Shown here piece after piece: positions 17,908-27,196 of a stretch of DNA of 64,000 nucleotides; position 1 is the stretch's first letter, and each line of letters opens with the position of its first letter. The translations under genes were made by a program, and so were the position numbers. The notes beneath the pieces were generated by a model, which had not been told where the DNA came from, did no database searches, and saw only the letters and a list, made by a program, of their open reading frames with translations. This stretch comes from Chloroflexota bacterium (lineage in GTDB: Bacteria; Chloroflexota; Anaerolineae; CAYNKW01): assembly GCA_049324835.1 (NCBI GenBank), contig JBMOMT010000044.1, positions 15,592 to 79,591 on the forward strand, given 5' to 3'.

Positions 17908-20211
17908 ATGACCTGGAAAGGGAAAAGAGCGATGGGTGAGATCCATCATTTCGTCGCCGGGGAACCCGACGTCCAGACCGGTTTTTGGCGCGGTCTGTTC
18001 GACCCACCGCCTGCCGAGGTTGTCCGGGCCTACCTCCAGGCCAACACCCAGCCGGGTGATCTGGTGCTGGACCCCTTTTGCTGCGGCGGCGCCGTTTTGC
18101 GCCAGGCCATCGACGCCGGACGGCGCGCCATCGGCAGCAGCTTTGATCCATTGGCCGTGCGGCTGACGCGCCTGACCCTCGGCCCCCCTACCCGGCGTCA
18201 GCTCGATGCTGCCGTGACCCGGCTGGGCAGTTCACCGCGTATGGGCACGCCCTTTCTGGCTCACATCGAAGCGTTGTATGCCGTGCGTTGCCCGCGCTGC
18301 GGTGAGTATACGCCGGCCGATGCTTTTGTGTGGGAGCGAGAGGGCTCCACGGTACAACCCATCGACTGGCAATGCCGGCGCTGCGGGCACGAGGGGGTCT
18401 CACCTTCCCAGGGTGGGTCGGAGTCGCCGGACGAGATCGCGGGGCGCCAGGGGCCCCATTATTGGCACCTGATCGACCGTATTACGCCGGCCGGCGATCC
18501 GCTGCGCGACCGGACCCAACATCTGCTGGAGCTCTACACGCCGCGTAACCTCTACGCCCTGACGAGCCTTCTTCTCAAGATCGAAAGCCTCTTTGCCGGC
18601 GAGATGGAGCAAACCCTGAAATTGCTGCTGCTGCGCTGCCTGGATACCTGTAGCAGCCTGCACGCCCCAGACACCACTCGCCGCTATCGCCTGCGTCCCC
18701 CGGCCCATTTCGTCGAGCGCAACGTGTGGCGGGCGTTCGTCGCCGCCGCCGATGCCTTCCCTGCCGCCGAGAGCGCCCCTGTTTTCCTGTCGGACGATCC
18801 GGAGACGATTCTGACCCGCACAGCGCCCGGCGCGGCCATTTTGCCTCTGGCTGTGCACCGCCTGATCGGCGTGTTACCCCACGGCCACGCCAGGATGATC
18901 CTCGCCACCCCACCCCAACCCGATCCGGCCGGGTGGGCGCTCTCCTGGCTCTGGACCGGCTGGCTCTTTGGTCATCTGGTGGCCGAGCCTTTCAGGCCGC
19001 TGTTGCAGCAGTGGCGTGTAGATTGGGACTGGTACAGCCGCACCATGATGGCGGCCTTTCGCGCCCTGCGCGCGTTGCTGGTCGATGGCGGTACACTGGT
19101 GCTGGCCTTCGACAATCCCGACCCGGCTCAGGCCGAGGCGCTGGCCCTGGCTCTGGCAGGAGCAGGTTATGCCCCCACAGCCTGGATACAACAATCGGAC
19201 ACGCACGCCTACCGCCTGGCCTCTCGTTGCGCCTCGTTGCCCGCACCGCCGACCGAGATCGGCGAACTGACCGATGACCTGTACCGCGAAACCTCGGCGG
19301 CAGTGCGGCATCTGATCGCGGCCCACGGTGAGCCGGTGACCGGGCAGGCGCTGCAGTTGCCTCTCTATCAACACCTGACGGATGCCGGCCTGTTGGGTCA
19401 GGCGGCTGTGACCGACGACCTGGACGTCTCGGCGCGGGGTTTGGTCGCCAAAGTGATGCAGGAGATACTGGTCGGGATGGAGGAACTGGTCGCCCTGGGC
19501 CCGGATTCGGACGCCGGGGCGCTCTTCTGGTGGTTAAAAACAGGCAGCCCATCCTCGGCGCCCCTTTCTAGCCGCGTGGAAGCGGCCGTGCACCAGATGC
19601 TTCTGAGTCATCTCATCCTGACCGAGGCGGCGCTGTTCGAGGGGATATATCGCCGTTTCCCCGGCCATCTGACTCCCGACCGGACGTTGGTGGCAACCTG
19701 CCTGCGCTCTTGGGGCCGCCAGATCACCCCCGGTCACTGGCAACTCCGCCCCGAAGATCAGCCGGAGCGCCGCGACGCCGAGATGGTCAACATCCGGCGC
19801 GATCTGGGCCGCCTGGGGCAGCGCCTGGGGTTCGAGATCGTCCTTCGCCCAGAAGCGGCATCGCCGGCGCGGCCTGCCTTCGATCTCCTCTGGCAAGACG
19901 AGGGCAGACCTGCCTACGCTTTTGCCATCCAGTGGACGGCCCGCGTCCACGATCTGCTGCTGGCCGAATTGCCCCCCGGCGTCCAGCCCTGTCTGGTTCT
20001 TCCTGGGGGACGGGCCGAGTTGGTGATTTTCAAGATGCAGCGCGATCCGCGCCTGCGCCGCGCCGCCTCACAAGGTAACTGGCAGTTCATCAAATACCGT
20101 CATCTGCGGCGCATGATGAGCCAACAAGACACCGATCGCCATGCCTTCCGCCAGATACTGGGCCTCGATCCCATCATCGAGCGTGATGGCGCCCAGATGC
20201 CCCTTTTTTGA
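17908..20211 (+). CDS. Large Zn-ribbon SAM-methyltransferase-like protein with degenerate catalytic motif (COG1743/DUF1156-like?)
   Basis: Motif I-like VLDPFCCGGAVL, a 4-Cys ribbon CPRCG...CRRCG, and TPPQ where DPPY/NPPY is expected. About 430 aa of unassigned C-terminal sequence. Alternative start at ATG 17932. Confidence 0.5.
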   Translation: MTWKGKRAMGEIHHFVAGEPDVQTGFWRGLFDPPPAEVVRAYLQANTQPGDLVLDPFCCGGAVLRQAIDAGRRAIGSSFDPLAVRLTRLTLGPPTRRQLDAAVTRLGSSPRMGTPFLAHIEALYAVRCPRCGEYTPADAFVWEREGSTVQPIDWQCRRCGHEGVSPSQGGSESPDEIAGRQGPHYWHLIDRITPAGDPLRDRTQHLLELYTPRNLYALTSLLLKIESLFAGEMEQTLKLLLLRCLDTCSSLHAPDTTRRYRLRPPAHFVERNVWRAFVAAADAFPAAESAPVFLSDDPETILTRTAPGAAILPLAVHRLIGVLPHGHARMILATPPQPDPAGWALSWLWTGWLFGHLVAEPFRPLLQQWRVDWDWYSRTMMAAFRALRALLVDGGTLVLAFDNPDPAQAEALALALAGAGYAPTAWIQQSDTHAYRLASRCASLPAPPTEIGELTDDLYRETSAAVRHLIAAHGEPVTGQALQLPLYQHLTDAGLLGQAAVTDDLDVSARGLVAKVMQEILVGMEELVALGPDSDAGALFWWLKTGSPSSAPLSSRVEAAVHQMLLSHLILTEAALFEGIYRRFPGHLTPDRTLVATCLRSWGRQITPGHWQLRPEDQPERRDAEMVNIRRDLGRLGQRLGFEIVLRPEAASPARPAFDLLWQDEGRPAYAFAIQWTARVHDLLLAELPPGVQPCLVLPGGRAELVIFKMQRDPRLRRAASQGNWQFIKYRHLRRMMSQQDTDRHAFRQILGLDPIIERDGAQMPLF

Positions 20212-20228
20212 ACGTGCCCTTTTTCCTA

Positions 20229-20257
20229 TTGACGTTCCTGAGAACATGTGATATTCT
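20229..20257 (+). promoter_or_regulatory. Promoter of the pseudokinase gene
   Basis: TTGACG-17 nt-TATTCT with an upstream TGTGA. Confidence 0.5.
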
Positions 20258-20332
20258 GAAGAATGTAACTGGGAGACACTCTCCTCCCAACCATCGTTGC
20301 AGCCACATCGCATCCATCCATGGGAGGGTTCC

Positions 20333-21193
20333 ATGTTTTTTCCCCCGCGTGTTCTGGGGCCTTATCGTCTGACCGAAGTGATCGGACGAGAGGCATCTGT
20401 CATCACCTACAAAGGGTATCGCCTGGGCCACGAACGATGGCTCACCATCACCCTCATCCACCGGCAAGCCACAGCCTTTAGCCCCCACCACCAGGAGCGT
20501 CTCCGCAAGATGACCCGCCTGCGGCATGCCAGTCTTCTCTCGGTGCTGGATTATGGCCTGGCTGACGAGCAGGCCTACCTGGTGTACGATTGTATCCCTG
20601 CCATTCCCCTGGGACGTCGCCTGGCCTTTGGCCTGGATTTGAGGCTGACACTGGACATTTTGCAGCCACTGGCAGACGCCCTGGCACACATTCACCAGCA
20701 AGGCCTGGCGCACGGCCAGATTTCACTCCAGAGCATCGTCCTGGCCGAAGGGGATTGGCCGTTGCTGGCAGACATGGGGTTGACGCTCTTGAGCGACCCA
20801 GAGCTGATGGCTGCCTGCACCGACGATTCTCCGGCCCACAGACAACGGCTCTTGCAAGCCCAGAGTGACGACATCCATGCGCTGGGCGCCGTGCTGTACG
20901 AGATGCTCACCGGCAAGTCGTTGTCACCTGTGGCAGAGCCGGCGCAGGAACCGACCCGGCCACTCGGCTTTTTCTGCCCCGGCATTCCCCCCGAAATAGA
21001 GGCCATCTTTGAAAAGGCTGTGGCCGCACAACCGGAGCGGCGTTATGCCCGCCCTTCAGACCTGCTCCACGATCTGGAGCAGGCACGCGCCTCGTTGTTT
21101 GGCTTTCGAGCGCAGACAGATCACAGGGCAGAGTGTGGGGTGAGCAACGACGCGTCTTCGGCGTTGTTATCTCGGGTCGCCATCTGTCGATGA
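20333..21193 (+). CDS. Ser/Thr protein kinase-like protein, predicted pseudokinase
   Basis: Kinase-fold landmarks are retained (DIHALGAVLYEMLTG, ...RYARPSDL). The G-loop, VAIK lysine, HRD (LAHGQISLQS) and DFG (DMG) are degenerate. ATG at 20333 after a GGGAGGG RBS. Confidence 0.65.
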   Translation: MFFPPRVLGPYRLTEVIGREASVITYKGYRLGHERWLTITLIHRQATAFSPHHQERLRKMTRLRHASLLSVLDYGLADEQAYLVYDCIPAIPLGRRLAFGLDLRLTLDILQPLADALAHIHQQGLAHGQISLQSIVLAEGDWPLLADMGLTLLSDPELMAACTDDSPAHRQRLLQAQSDDIHALGAVLYEMLTGKSLSPVAEPAQEPTRPLGFFCPGIPPEIEAIFEKAVAAQPERRYARPSDLLHDLEQARASLFGFRAQTDHRAECGVSNDASSALLSRVAICR

Positions 21194-21405
21194 CAGGCCC
21201 TGGCGTCACGGTTGTGCAATCCAATACGACCTGGAAAACGGCGTCGGATGGCAAGATATTCACTCTGTCAAAACACCGGGCGCGCCAAGCGAAACATATC
21301 CTGACGGTCAAAAAGCGCCGTCCTGGCCCATCCACACAAAAGCACGACCATGCTGTGACCGAATGTATTCTGCTGGTCGATCCCGAGGCCGATTGGCCAC
21401 TGAGA

Positions 21406-21434
21406 TAGACAAACCCCCGCTTCTGTGTTAGAAT
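21406..21434 (+). promoter_or_regulatory. Promoter of the HlyD/FtsX/ATPase operon
   Basis: TAGACA-17 nt-TAGAAT with an upstream TG (TGTTAGAAT). Confidence 0.5.
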
Positions 21435-21447
21435 ACCATCGAAAAGA

Positions 21448-21482
21448 GTATTGCGTATTGCGTATTGCGTATTGCGTATTGC
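21448..21482. repeat. Perfect tandem heptamer (GTATTGC)x5
   Basis: Five contiguous identical 7-nt units, read directly. They lie between the predicted promoter and the ATG at 21546. Confidence 0.95.
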
Positions 21483-21545
21483 ATGTTGTGCATTCCGCCA
21501 CCGCCACGCCGTACACCATACGCACCATGCATCACGAGGTGATAG

Positions 21546-23069
21546 ATGCGCAACCCTTTGGCAAAGCTCGTCTCTCTGTTGGCCCTGGTCGCTCTCCTGA
21601 CCGCCTGCCAGGGCCTTTTTGGCCGCCCGGTTGAAGAGGAAACTGCCACCCCCACACCCATCCCCACACCCATCGTGCCAGAAAAGCCCACCTATGCCGT
21701 CCAGCGAGGCAACATCACCAGACAAATCGAGTTCAGCGGGCGGGTCTCGCCGGTGGAAGAGACGGCCCTTTACTTCAAGACCGGCGGCTATGTCAGGCAA
21801 GTGCTGGTCAAACGGGGCGATCCGGTGCAGGCTGGTGATCTGCTGGCCGAGCTGGAAATCGACGACCTGTTCAAACAGATGGCCCAGGCCGAGGTGGCGC
21901 TCAACTCGGCCCAACTGCGTCTCAGCGAAGCCGAAAAAGCCCTGGAGCGGCAGGCGGCCCAGGCCGGGCTGGACCTGACTGTGGCCCAGGCGCGCTTGGC
22001 CCAGGCCCAAACCACCAATGCCGACGCTATCACCCAGGCCGAGATTGCCCTGGCCGTGGCCCAGGAGCAACTGGCCCGCCTGCGGGCGCAAAAAACCAAC
22101 TATGACGCCGATATACTCACCGCCCGCATCAGCCTCACCCAGGCCCAGAATGCTCTGGCCCAGGCCGAGGACGAATACCAGAAGGCCCTGGATCGTACCT
22201 GGGAACCTCAAGAAACACGCGACGCCTACGCCCGCGCCTTGCAGCAGGCCCAGTGGAACCAGCAAATCGCCCAGGCCCGCGCCGACCAGACTCTGGCCGC
22301 GCAGCAGGTCTACAGCCACGATCTCACCATCCAGGAGCTGGCCGTGACCCAGGCCCAGGCCCAGCTGACCCAGTTGCAGCGCGGCCCCGATCCGCTGCTG
22401 GCCATCGAGGTGCAGCGAGCGCAGCAGCAGCTCGATTGGCTCCAGGAAGGCGTGGACCCGCTGCTGGTCAACGAAGTGAATCAGGCTCAACTGGCTCTGG
22501 AGCGGCTGCAGGCCCAGGTAGCCGAGGCTCAGATCATCGCCCCCGTCGCCGGCGAGGTCCTCTCCCTCGCGGTGTACGCCGGCCGGCCGGCCGAGGCCTT
22601 TAAACCGGCAATCGTCGTCGCCGATCCCTCGGCCCTCGAGGTCAACGCCGAATTGCTCAGCAGCCAGATGCAGGAACTGATCCAGGGCCAGCAGGCGGTG
22701 GTGGTGCTGAGCGACTATCCCGGCCAGACGTGGCGCGGCACGGTGCGTCAGTTGCCGTATCCTTATGGCGCCGGCGGCAGCGGCGAGGGCCTCAGCGGCG
22801 CCGACAAATCGGTTCACATCAGCCTGGAGGGTGATCTGAGCGGGCTGGAGCTGGGCGACCTGGCCCGGGTGATCATCCTGCTGGAAGAAAAAAAAGACGT
22901 GCTGTGGCTGCCCCCGGCGGCCATCCGCACCTTCCAGGGACGCAAATTCGTCATCGTCCAGGAGCCGGATCGCCAGCGCCGCGTGGATGTGCAGATCGGC
23001 ATCGAAAGCGCCGACCGGGTCGAAATCCTCGAAGGCCTTCAAGAGGGCCAGGTCGTCGTCGGGCCATAA
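21546..23069 (+). CDS. HlyD/MacA-family adaptor lipoprotein with long coiled coil
   Basis: Lipobox LLTAC, a lipoyl-like segment (VKRGDPVQAGDLLAELE), long Q/A-rich coiled coil and a C-terminal barrel. Confidence 0.85.
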   Translation: MRNPLAKLVSLLALVALLTACQGLFGRPVEEETATPTPIPTPIVPEKPTYAVQRGNITRQIEFSGRVSPVEETALYFKTGGYVRQVLVKRGDPVQAGDLLAELEIDDLFKQMAQAEVALNSAQLRLSEAEKALERQAAQAGLDLTVAQARLAQAQTTNADAITQAEIALAVAQEQLARLRAQKTNYDADILTARISLTQAQNALAQAEDEYQKALDRTWEPQETRDAYARALQQAQWNQQIAQARADQTLAAQQVYSHDLTIQELAVTQAQAQLTQLQRGPDPLLAIEVQRAQQQLDWLQEGVDPLLVNEVNQAQLALERLQAQVAEAQIIAPVAGEVLSLAVYAGRPAEAFKPAIVVADPSALEVNAELLSSQMQELIQGQQAVVVLSDYPGQTWRGTVRQLPYPYGAGGSGEGLSGADKSVHISLEGDLSGLELGDLARVIILLEEKKDVLWLPPAAIRTFQGRKFVIVQEPDRQRRVDVQIGIESADRVEILEGLQEGQVVVGP

Positions 23070-23128
23070 TCGGAGGCATGACAGGGGCAAGATGAAAAGA
23101 CCGCCCCCAGCCTTCCAATGAGATTTCC

Positions 23129-26002
23129 ATGACCACCCTATCCAATCTTTTCTCCATCCTGCTCATCGCCGCCAGGCGGCTGTGGGCCAATCGCTGGCTG
23201 ACGCTCAGCCTGTTGTTGGGCTGGACGGCGGCGGTGGGTCTGAGCCTCAGTGTGCCGCTCTACGCCGACGCGGTCAATTATCGTTTGTTGCGCGAGGAGC
23301 TGGAAACGAGCCGCCAGGGAGCGCCGCCGTTTGCCTTTCGTTTTCGATACATCGGCGCCTGGCACGGGGCCAGACAGTGGGCAGACGTCCAGCAGGTGGA
23401 TGCTTACCTGCGCGAGTCGGCCGCCGGCGAGATCGGCCTGCCGTTGGAGCGTCTCATCCGCCACTTCAAGACCGACAACTTTAGGCTCTTTCCCGCCTCT
23501 GAGGCGCTCTATGCCGACATTCGGGATCCGTTAGAGTGGGTGGCCTTTGGTTTTATCAGCCATCTGGCAGATCACATCACCCTGTTAGAAGGCTCGCTGC
23601 CGCAACCCAACCCTCACGCCGATGGCGCTATCGAGGTGCTGCTGCATCACCAACTGGCCGAAGAACTGGGCCTTCAGGTGGGTGAGGAGTATGTCGCTTT
23701 CGGGCGCAAAACAACCGACACCCACTCGGGCGAATCGGTGCAGATAACGGTGCGCATCGCCGGTGTATGGCAGGCCACCAACCCGGCAGACGATTTCTGG
23801 TTCTACACCCCGGCCACCTTTGACCGGGTGCTGTTGCTGCCAGAGACAACGTATCTCAACCGCATCGCTGCCAGCCTGGACAGTGAAGTCTACCTGGGGG
23901 TGTGGTATCTACTCTTTGACGGCTCGGCCGTTTACACCGATGACGTAACGGAGCTGTTGGGCCGCATCGCCGCCGTGGAGACGCGGGTTGCCTCACTGCT
24001 GCCCAAAACGGCCCTCGATCTCTCACCCGTCGAGGCGATGCAACAGTATCGTTTTCAGGCTTACCTGCTCACCATCCTGCTATCCGTTTTTCTGATCCCG
24101 GTGCTGGGGCTCGTCCTCTATTTCGTGGCCATGACGGCCGGTATGGCCGTGCGCCGCCAACAAACCGAGATCGCCGTGCTGCGCAGCCGGGGCGCGTCGC
24201 GCTGGCAGGTGTTGGGCGTCTACCTGCTGGAAGGGCTGATCATCGGCCTGCTGGCGCTGATCCTGGGCCTGCTGCTGGGCCAGGCCATCGCCCTGGCAAT
24301 GGGTCAGGTGCGCTCGTTTCTGACGCTGGTCAATCGCCCGCCGCTGCCGGTTCGCCTCTCCTGGAGCAATCTACGCTTTGCCCTGGGCGCGCTGGCGCTG
24401 GCCCTGCTGACCAGCCTGCTGCCGGCATTATCTGCCGCCGGGCACACCGTCGTCACCCACAAGCAGGAACAGGCCCGCTCGCTGCGCCGCCCCCTCTGGC
24501 AGCGGTTCTACCTCGATTTTGCCCTGCTCATCCCACCGTTCTACGGTTATTACCTGCTGCGTCAACGCGGCACGATCTCGGTCAACCTGGGCAGCGGCGT
24601 GAGCAGCGATCCGTTTCAGAATCCGCTGCTCTTTTTGGTGCCGACGCTGTTCATCCTGGCCCTGGGATTGTTGCTCATCCGACTCTTTCCGCTGTTCATG
24701 TCCGGGCTGGCCTGGCTGGTCGGCTGGCTGCCGGGCACGCCGCTGATGCTGGCGCTGCGCCACCTGGCCCGTTCATCGGCGCATTACACCGGCCCGCTGC
24801 TGCTGCTCATCCTCACCCTGGGACTGGCGGCCTTTACCGCCTCGATGGCCCTGACCGTCGACGATCACCTGGCAGACCAGGTGTACTATGAGGTCGGCGC
24901 CGATCTTGACGTGCGGGAAACCGGCGAGAGCACCCAGACCGCCGAAGAGATCCTGGGCATCGAGCCGGCTCAGCCGGCACAACAAGAGCAGGGCCCTCGC
25001 TGGCTCTTTTTGCCGCTGAGTGATCATCTGCTCGTGGATGGGGTGACGGCGGCGGCCCGCGCCGGAGACTACCCGGCCCGTTCCACACTCAGCAGCCGCG
25101 AGGAAGGCACTTTTTTGGGCATCGACCGCGTCGATTTTCCCGGCGTGGCCTTTTTCCGCCCCGATTTTGCCGCCGAATCGCTGGGCGGGCTGATGAACCT
25201 GCTGGCCCTGGATGGGCGCGCCTTGTTGGTCGAGCAGGGCTTTATGTGGCGCAACAGCCTGAGCGTGGGCGATCCACTGCGGCTGGAGCTGGTGATGGGC
25301 CGCGAGCGCCACCCGGTCGATTTCACCATCGCCGGCGTGCTGCATCTCTTTCCCACACTCTACCCGGACGACGGCCCGTTTTTCGTGGGCAACCTGGATT
25401 ACGCCTTTCAGCAAACGGGCGACGAATACCCCTACGACGTGTGGCTCCGCACCGACAGCCAACGCCCTGCAGCAGACATTGTCGCCGATCTGGAAGGGCT
25501 CGGCTTTCAGGTCATCGGCTACGACGATGCCCGCCAGATGATCGTCAAAGAGCAGACACAGCCGGCGCGGCAAGGGCTGTTCGGGGTGTTATCGGTGGGT
25601 TTTGTGGCCGCCGCCGGACTGACGGTGTTGGGGTTTCTGCTGTACGCCGTTTTTTCGTTTCGCCGCCGCTTCATCGAGCTGGGCGTGCTGCGGGCCATCG
25701 GCCTCTCGGTGGAGCAAATGGCCGCCTTTTTGGCCGGCGAGCAACTGGCGCTCATCGTCACCGGCGCGGCATGCGGCACGCTGCTGGGCGTGACCGCCAG
25801 CCGGCTTTTTATCCCCTTTCTGCAGGTGCAGGCGGGGGCGCATCCGCACACGCCGCCCTTTGTGGTGCAGGTGGCCTGGGCCGACATTTTCCAGATTTAC
25901 GCCGTTTTCGGGGCCATGCTGCTCGCTGCCGTGATCCTGATGTTGTCGCTGCTGGCGCACATGCGTGTGTTCGAGGCGATCAAACTGGGTGAGGTGGCCT
26001 GA
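23129..26002 (+). CDS. ABC transporter permease with two FtsX-like modules (957 aa)
   Basis: Two repeats of TM, large extracytoplasmic domain and FtsX 3-TM bundle; EIAVLRSRGAS and ELGVLRAIGLS loops. Confidence 0.85.
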   Translation: MTTLSNLFSILLIAARRLWANRWLTLSLLLGWTAAVGLSLSVPLYADAVNYRLLREELETSRQGAPPFAFRFRYIGAWHGARQWADVQQVDAYLRESAAGEIGLPLERLIRHFKTDNFRLFPASEALYADIRDPLEWVAFGFISHLADHITLLEGSLPQPNPHADGAIEVLLHHQLAEELGLQVGEEYVAFGRKTTDTHSGESVQITVRIAGVWQATNPADDFWFYTPATFDRVLLLPETTYLNRIAASLDSEVYLGVWYLLFDGSAVYTDDVTELLGRIAAVETRVASLLPKTALDLSPVEAMQQYRFQAYLLTILLSVFLIPVLGLVLYFVAMTAGMAVRRQQTEIAVLRSRGASRWQVLGVYLLEGLIIGLLALILGLLLGQAIALAMGQVRSFLTLVNRPPLPVRLSWSNLRFALGALALALLTSLLPALSAAGHTVVTHKQEQARSLRRPLWQRFYLDFALLIPPFYGYYLLRQRGTISVNLGSGVSSDPFQNPLLFLVPTLFILALGLLLIRLFPLFMSGLAWLVGWLPGTPLMLALRHLARSSAHYTGPLLLLILTLGLAAFTASMALTVDDHLADQVYYEVGADLDVRETGESTQTAEEILGIEPAQPAQQEQGPRWLFLPLSDHLLVDGVTAAARAGDYPARSTLSSREEGTFLGIDRVDFPGVAFFRPDFAAESLGGLMNLLALDGRALLVEQGFMWRNSLSVGDPLRLELVMGRERHPVDFTIAGVLHLFPTLYPDDGPFFVGNLDYAFQQTGDEYPYDVWLRTDSQRPAADIVADLEGLGFQVIGYDDARQMIVKEQTQPARQGLFGVLSVGFVAAAGLTVLGFLLYAVFSFRRRFIELGVLRAIGLSVEQMAAFLAGEQLALIVTGAACGTLLGVTASRLFIPFLQVQAGAHPHTPPFVVQVAWADIFQIYAVFGAMLLAAVILMLSLLAHMRVFEAIKLGEVA

Positions 26003-27024
26003 TGCCAGCCCTCATCGTCTGCGATAACCTGGTCAAAATCTACAAAATCGCCGATCTGGAGGTGGTGGCCCTGCAAGGGCTGGATCTGACCGTCGAGCGA
26101 GGTGAGATGTTGGGCATCGTCGGCGCTTCCGGCTCGGGAAAATCGACGCTGCTCAACATCCTGGGCGGTCTCGACCGGCCCTCTGCCGGGCGGGTGACGG
26201 TGGACGGCCAGGACCTGCTCAAACTTTCCGACGCCGCCCTGAATCGTTATCGCCGCAAAAAGGTGGGCTTTGTCTGGCAACAGACGGCGCGTAATCTGGT
26301 GCCCTATCTCACCGCTCAAGAAAATATCGAGCTGCCCATGACAGTGGCCGGGTTACAACGCCGCACAAAGCGCGCCTGGGCCAGGGAGCTTTTGCAGGCG
26401 GTGGGCCTCTATGAGCGGCGCCGGCATCGGCTGGCCCAACTCTCCGGCGGCGAACAGCAGCGCGTGGCCATCGCCGTGGCGCTGGCCAACAAGCCGCTGC
26501 TGCTGCTGGCCGATGAACCCACCGGCGAGGTGGACAGCATCACCGCTCAGGCTATCCTGGATACGTTTCACGGGCTGGGCGAAACGCTGAACCTGACGAC
26601 GATCATCGTGACCCACGACCCGCGCGTGGTGGAGCAGGTGGATCGGGCCGTGGCCATCCGCGATGGTAAAACCAGCAGTGAGACCATTCGCCAGGTGAGC
26701 CAGTTGGAGCAGGCGATGGTAGGCCAGCGGCCAGCGGAAGCAGGGCCGCCGGAACAGGTGACGTTTCACGAGTACGTGGTGCTCGACTCGGCGGGCCGCC
26801 TCCAGGTGCCCCAGGACTATCGCGAGCGGTTTGGCATCGGCGACCGCGCCCAACTGGAAGCAACCGACGACGGTATTCTGATCCGGCCCGTCACGCTGGC
26901 CCGGCGCGGCCCGGAAAAGGCGGGCGAGCCGCCCGGTCTGGAGCAGCAGATCGCCCGTCTCTTTGGGGATGAAAAACCGGCGCGGCGACGGGGGCTCCTG
27001 GCCCGATTGCGGAGAAAAGAGTAA
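26002..27024 (+). CDS. ABC ATP-binding protein (MacB-type NBD) with C-terminal AbrB/SpoVT-like domain
   Basis: Walker [29 protein letters not shown]-terminal [36 protein letters not shown] matches the swapped-hairpin pattern. The start overlaps the permease stop (ATGA-type). Confidence 0.85.
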   Translation: MPALIVCDNLVKIYKIADLEVVALQGLDLTVERGEMLGIVGASGSGKSTLLNILGGLDRPSAGRVTVDGQDLLKLSDAALNRYRRKKVGFVWQQTARNLVPYLTAQENIELPMTVAGLQRRTKRAWARELLQAVGLYERRRHRLAQLSGGEQQRVAIAVALANKPLLLLADEPTGEVDSITAQAILDTFHGLGETLNLTTIIVTHDPRVVEQVDRAVAIRDGKTSSETIRQVSQLEQAMVGQRPAEAGPPEQVTFHEYVVLDSAGRLQVPQDYRERFGIGDRAQLEATDDGILIRPVTLARRGPEKAGEPPGLEQQIARLFGDEKPARRRGLLARLRRKE

Positions 27025-27074
27025 CACGCGGTGCGCGATACACGCATCATCTCTCACCCAACATCTGCTGGCGA

Positions 27075-27174
27075 CTGTCGGAGAGCCGGTGGGTTGGGGC
27101 CATCACGTGGAGTATACCCGAACAAGTTCGGATTCCTTTGCCCCACATGGGTTGTGATTCAATCTCTCCGACAG
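27075..27174. repeat. 100-nt element closed by an 11-bp perfect inverted repeat, between the two ATPase genes
   Basis: CTGTCGGAGAG (27075-27085) and CTCTCCGACAG (27164-27174). Nested hairpin CCGAACAAGTTCGG inside. Confidence 0.6.
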
Positions 27175-27196
27175 GCTGCCAGAAAGTAACAGCGCC

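Noticed and set aside
17908-21193. Methyltransferase-like gene next to a kinase-like gene, considered as a Pgl/BREX-type phage-resistance module
   Set aside because: There are no PglY-like ATPase, PglZ phosphatase, helicase or nuclease partners. The kinase homologue is small and catalytically degenerate, and the methylase motif IV is degenerate. The flanking genes are housekeeping.
20907-23090. 727-aa minus-strand ORF spanning the pseudokinase 3' end, an intergenic region and the whole HlyD-family gene
   Set aside because: It is an antisense shadow of a high-GC gene. The composition is low-complexity Gly/Leu/Arg/Gln-rich with no motifs. It crosses a promoter and the heptamer repeat. The plus-strand genes have clear family signatures and RBSs.
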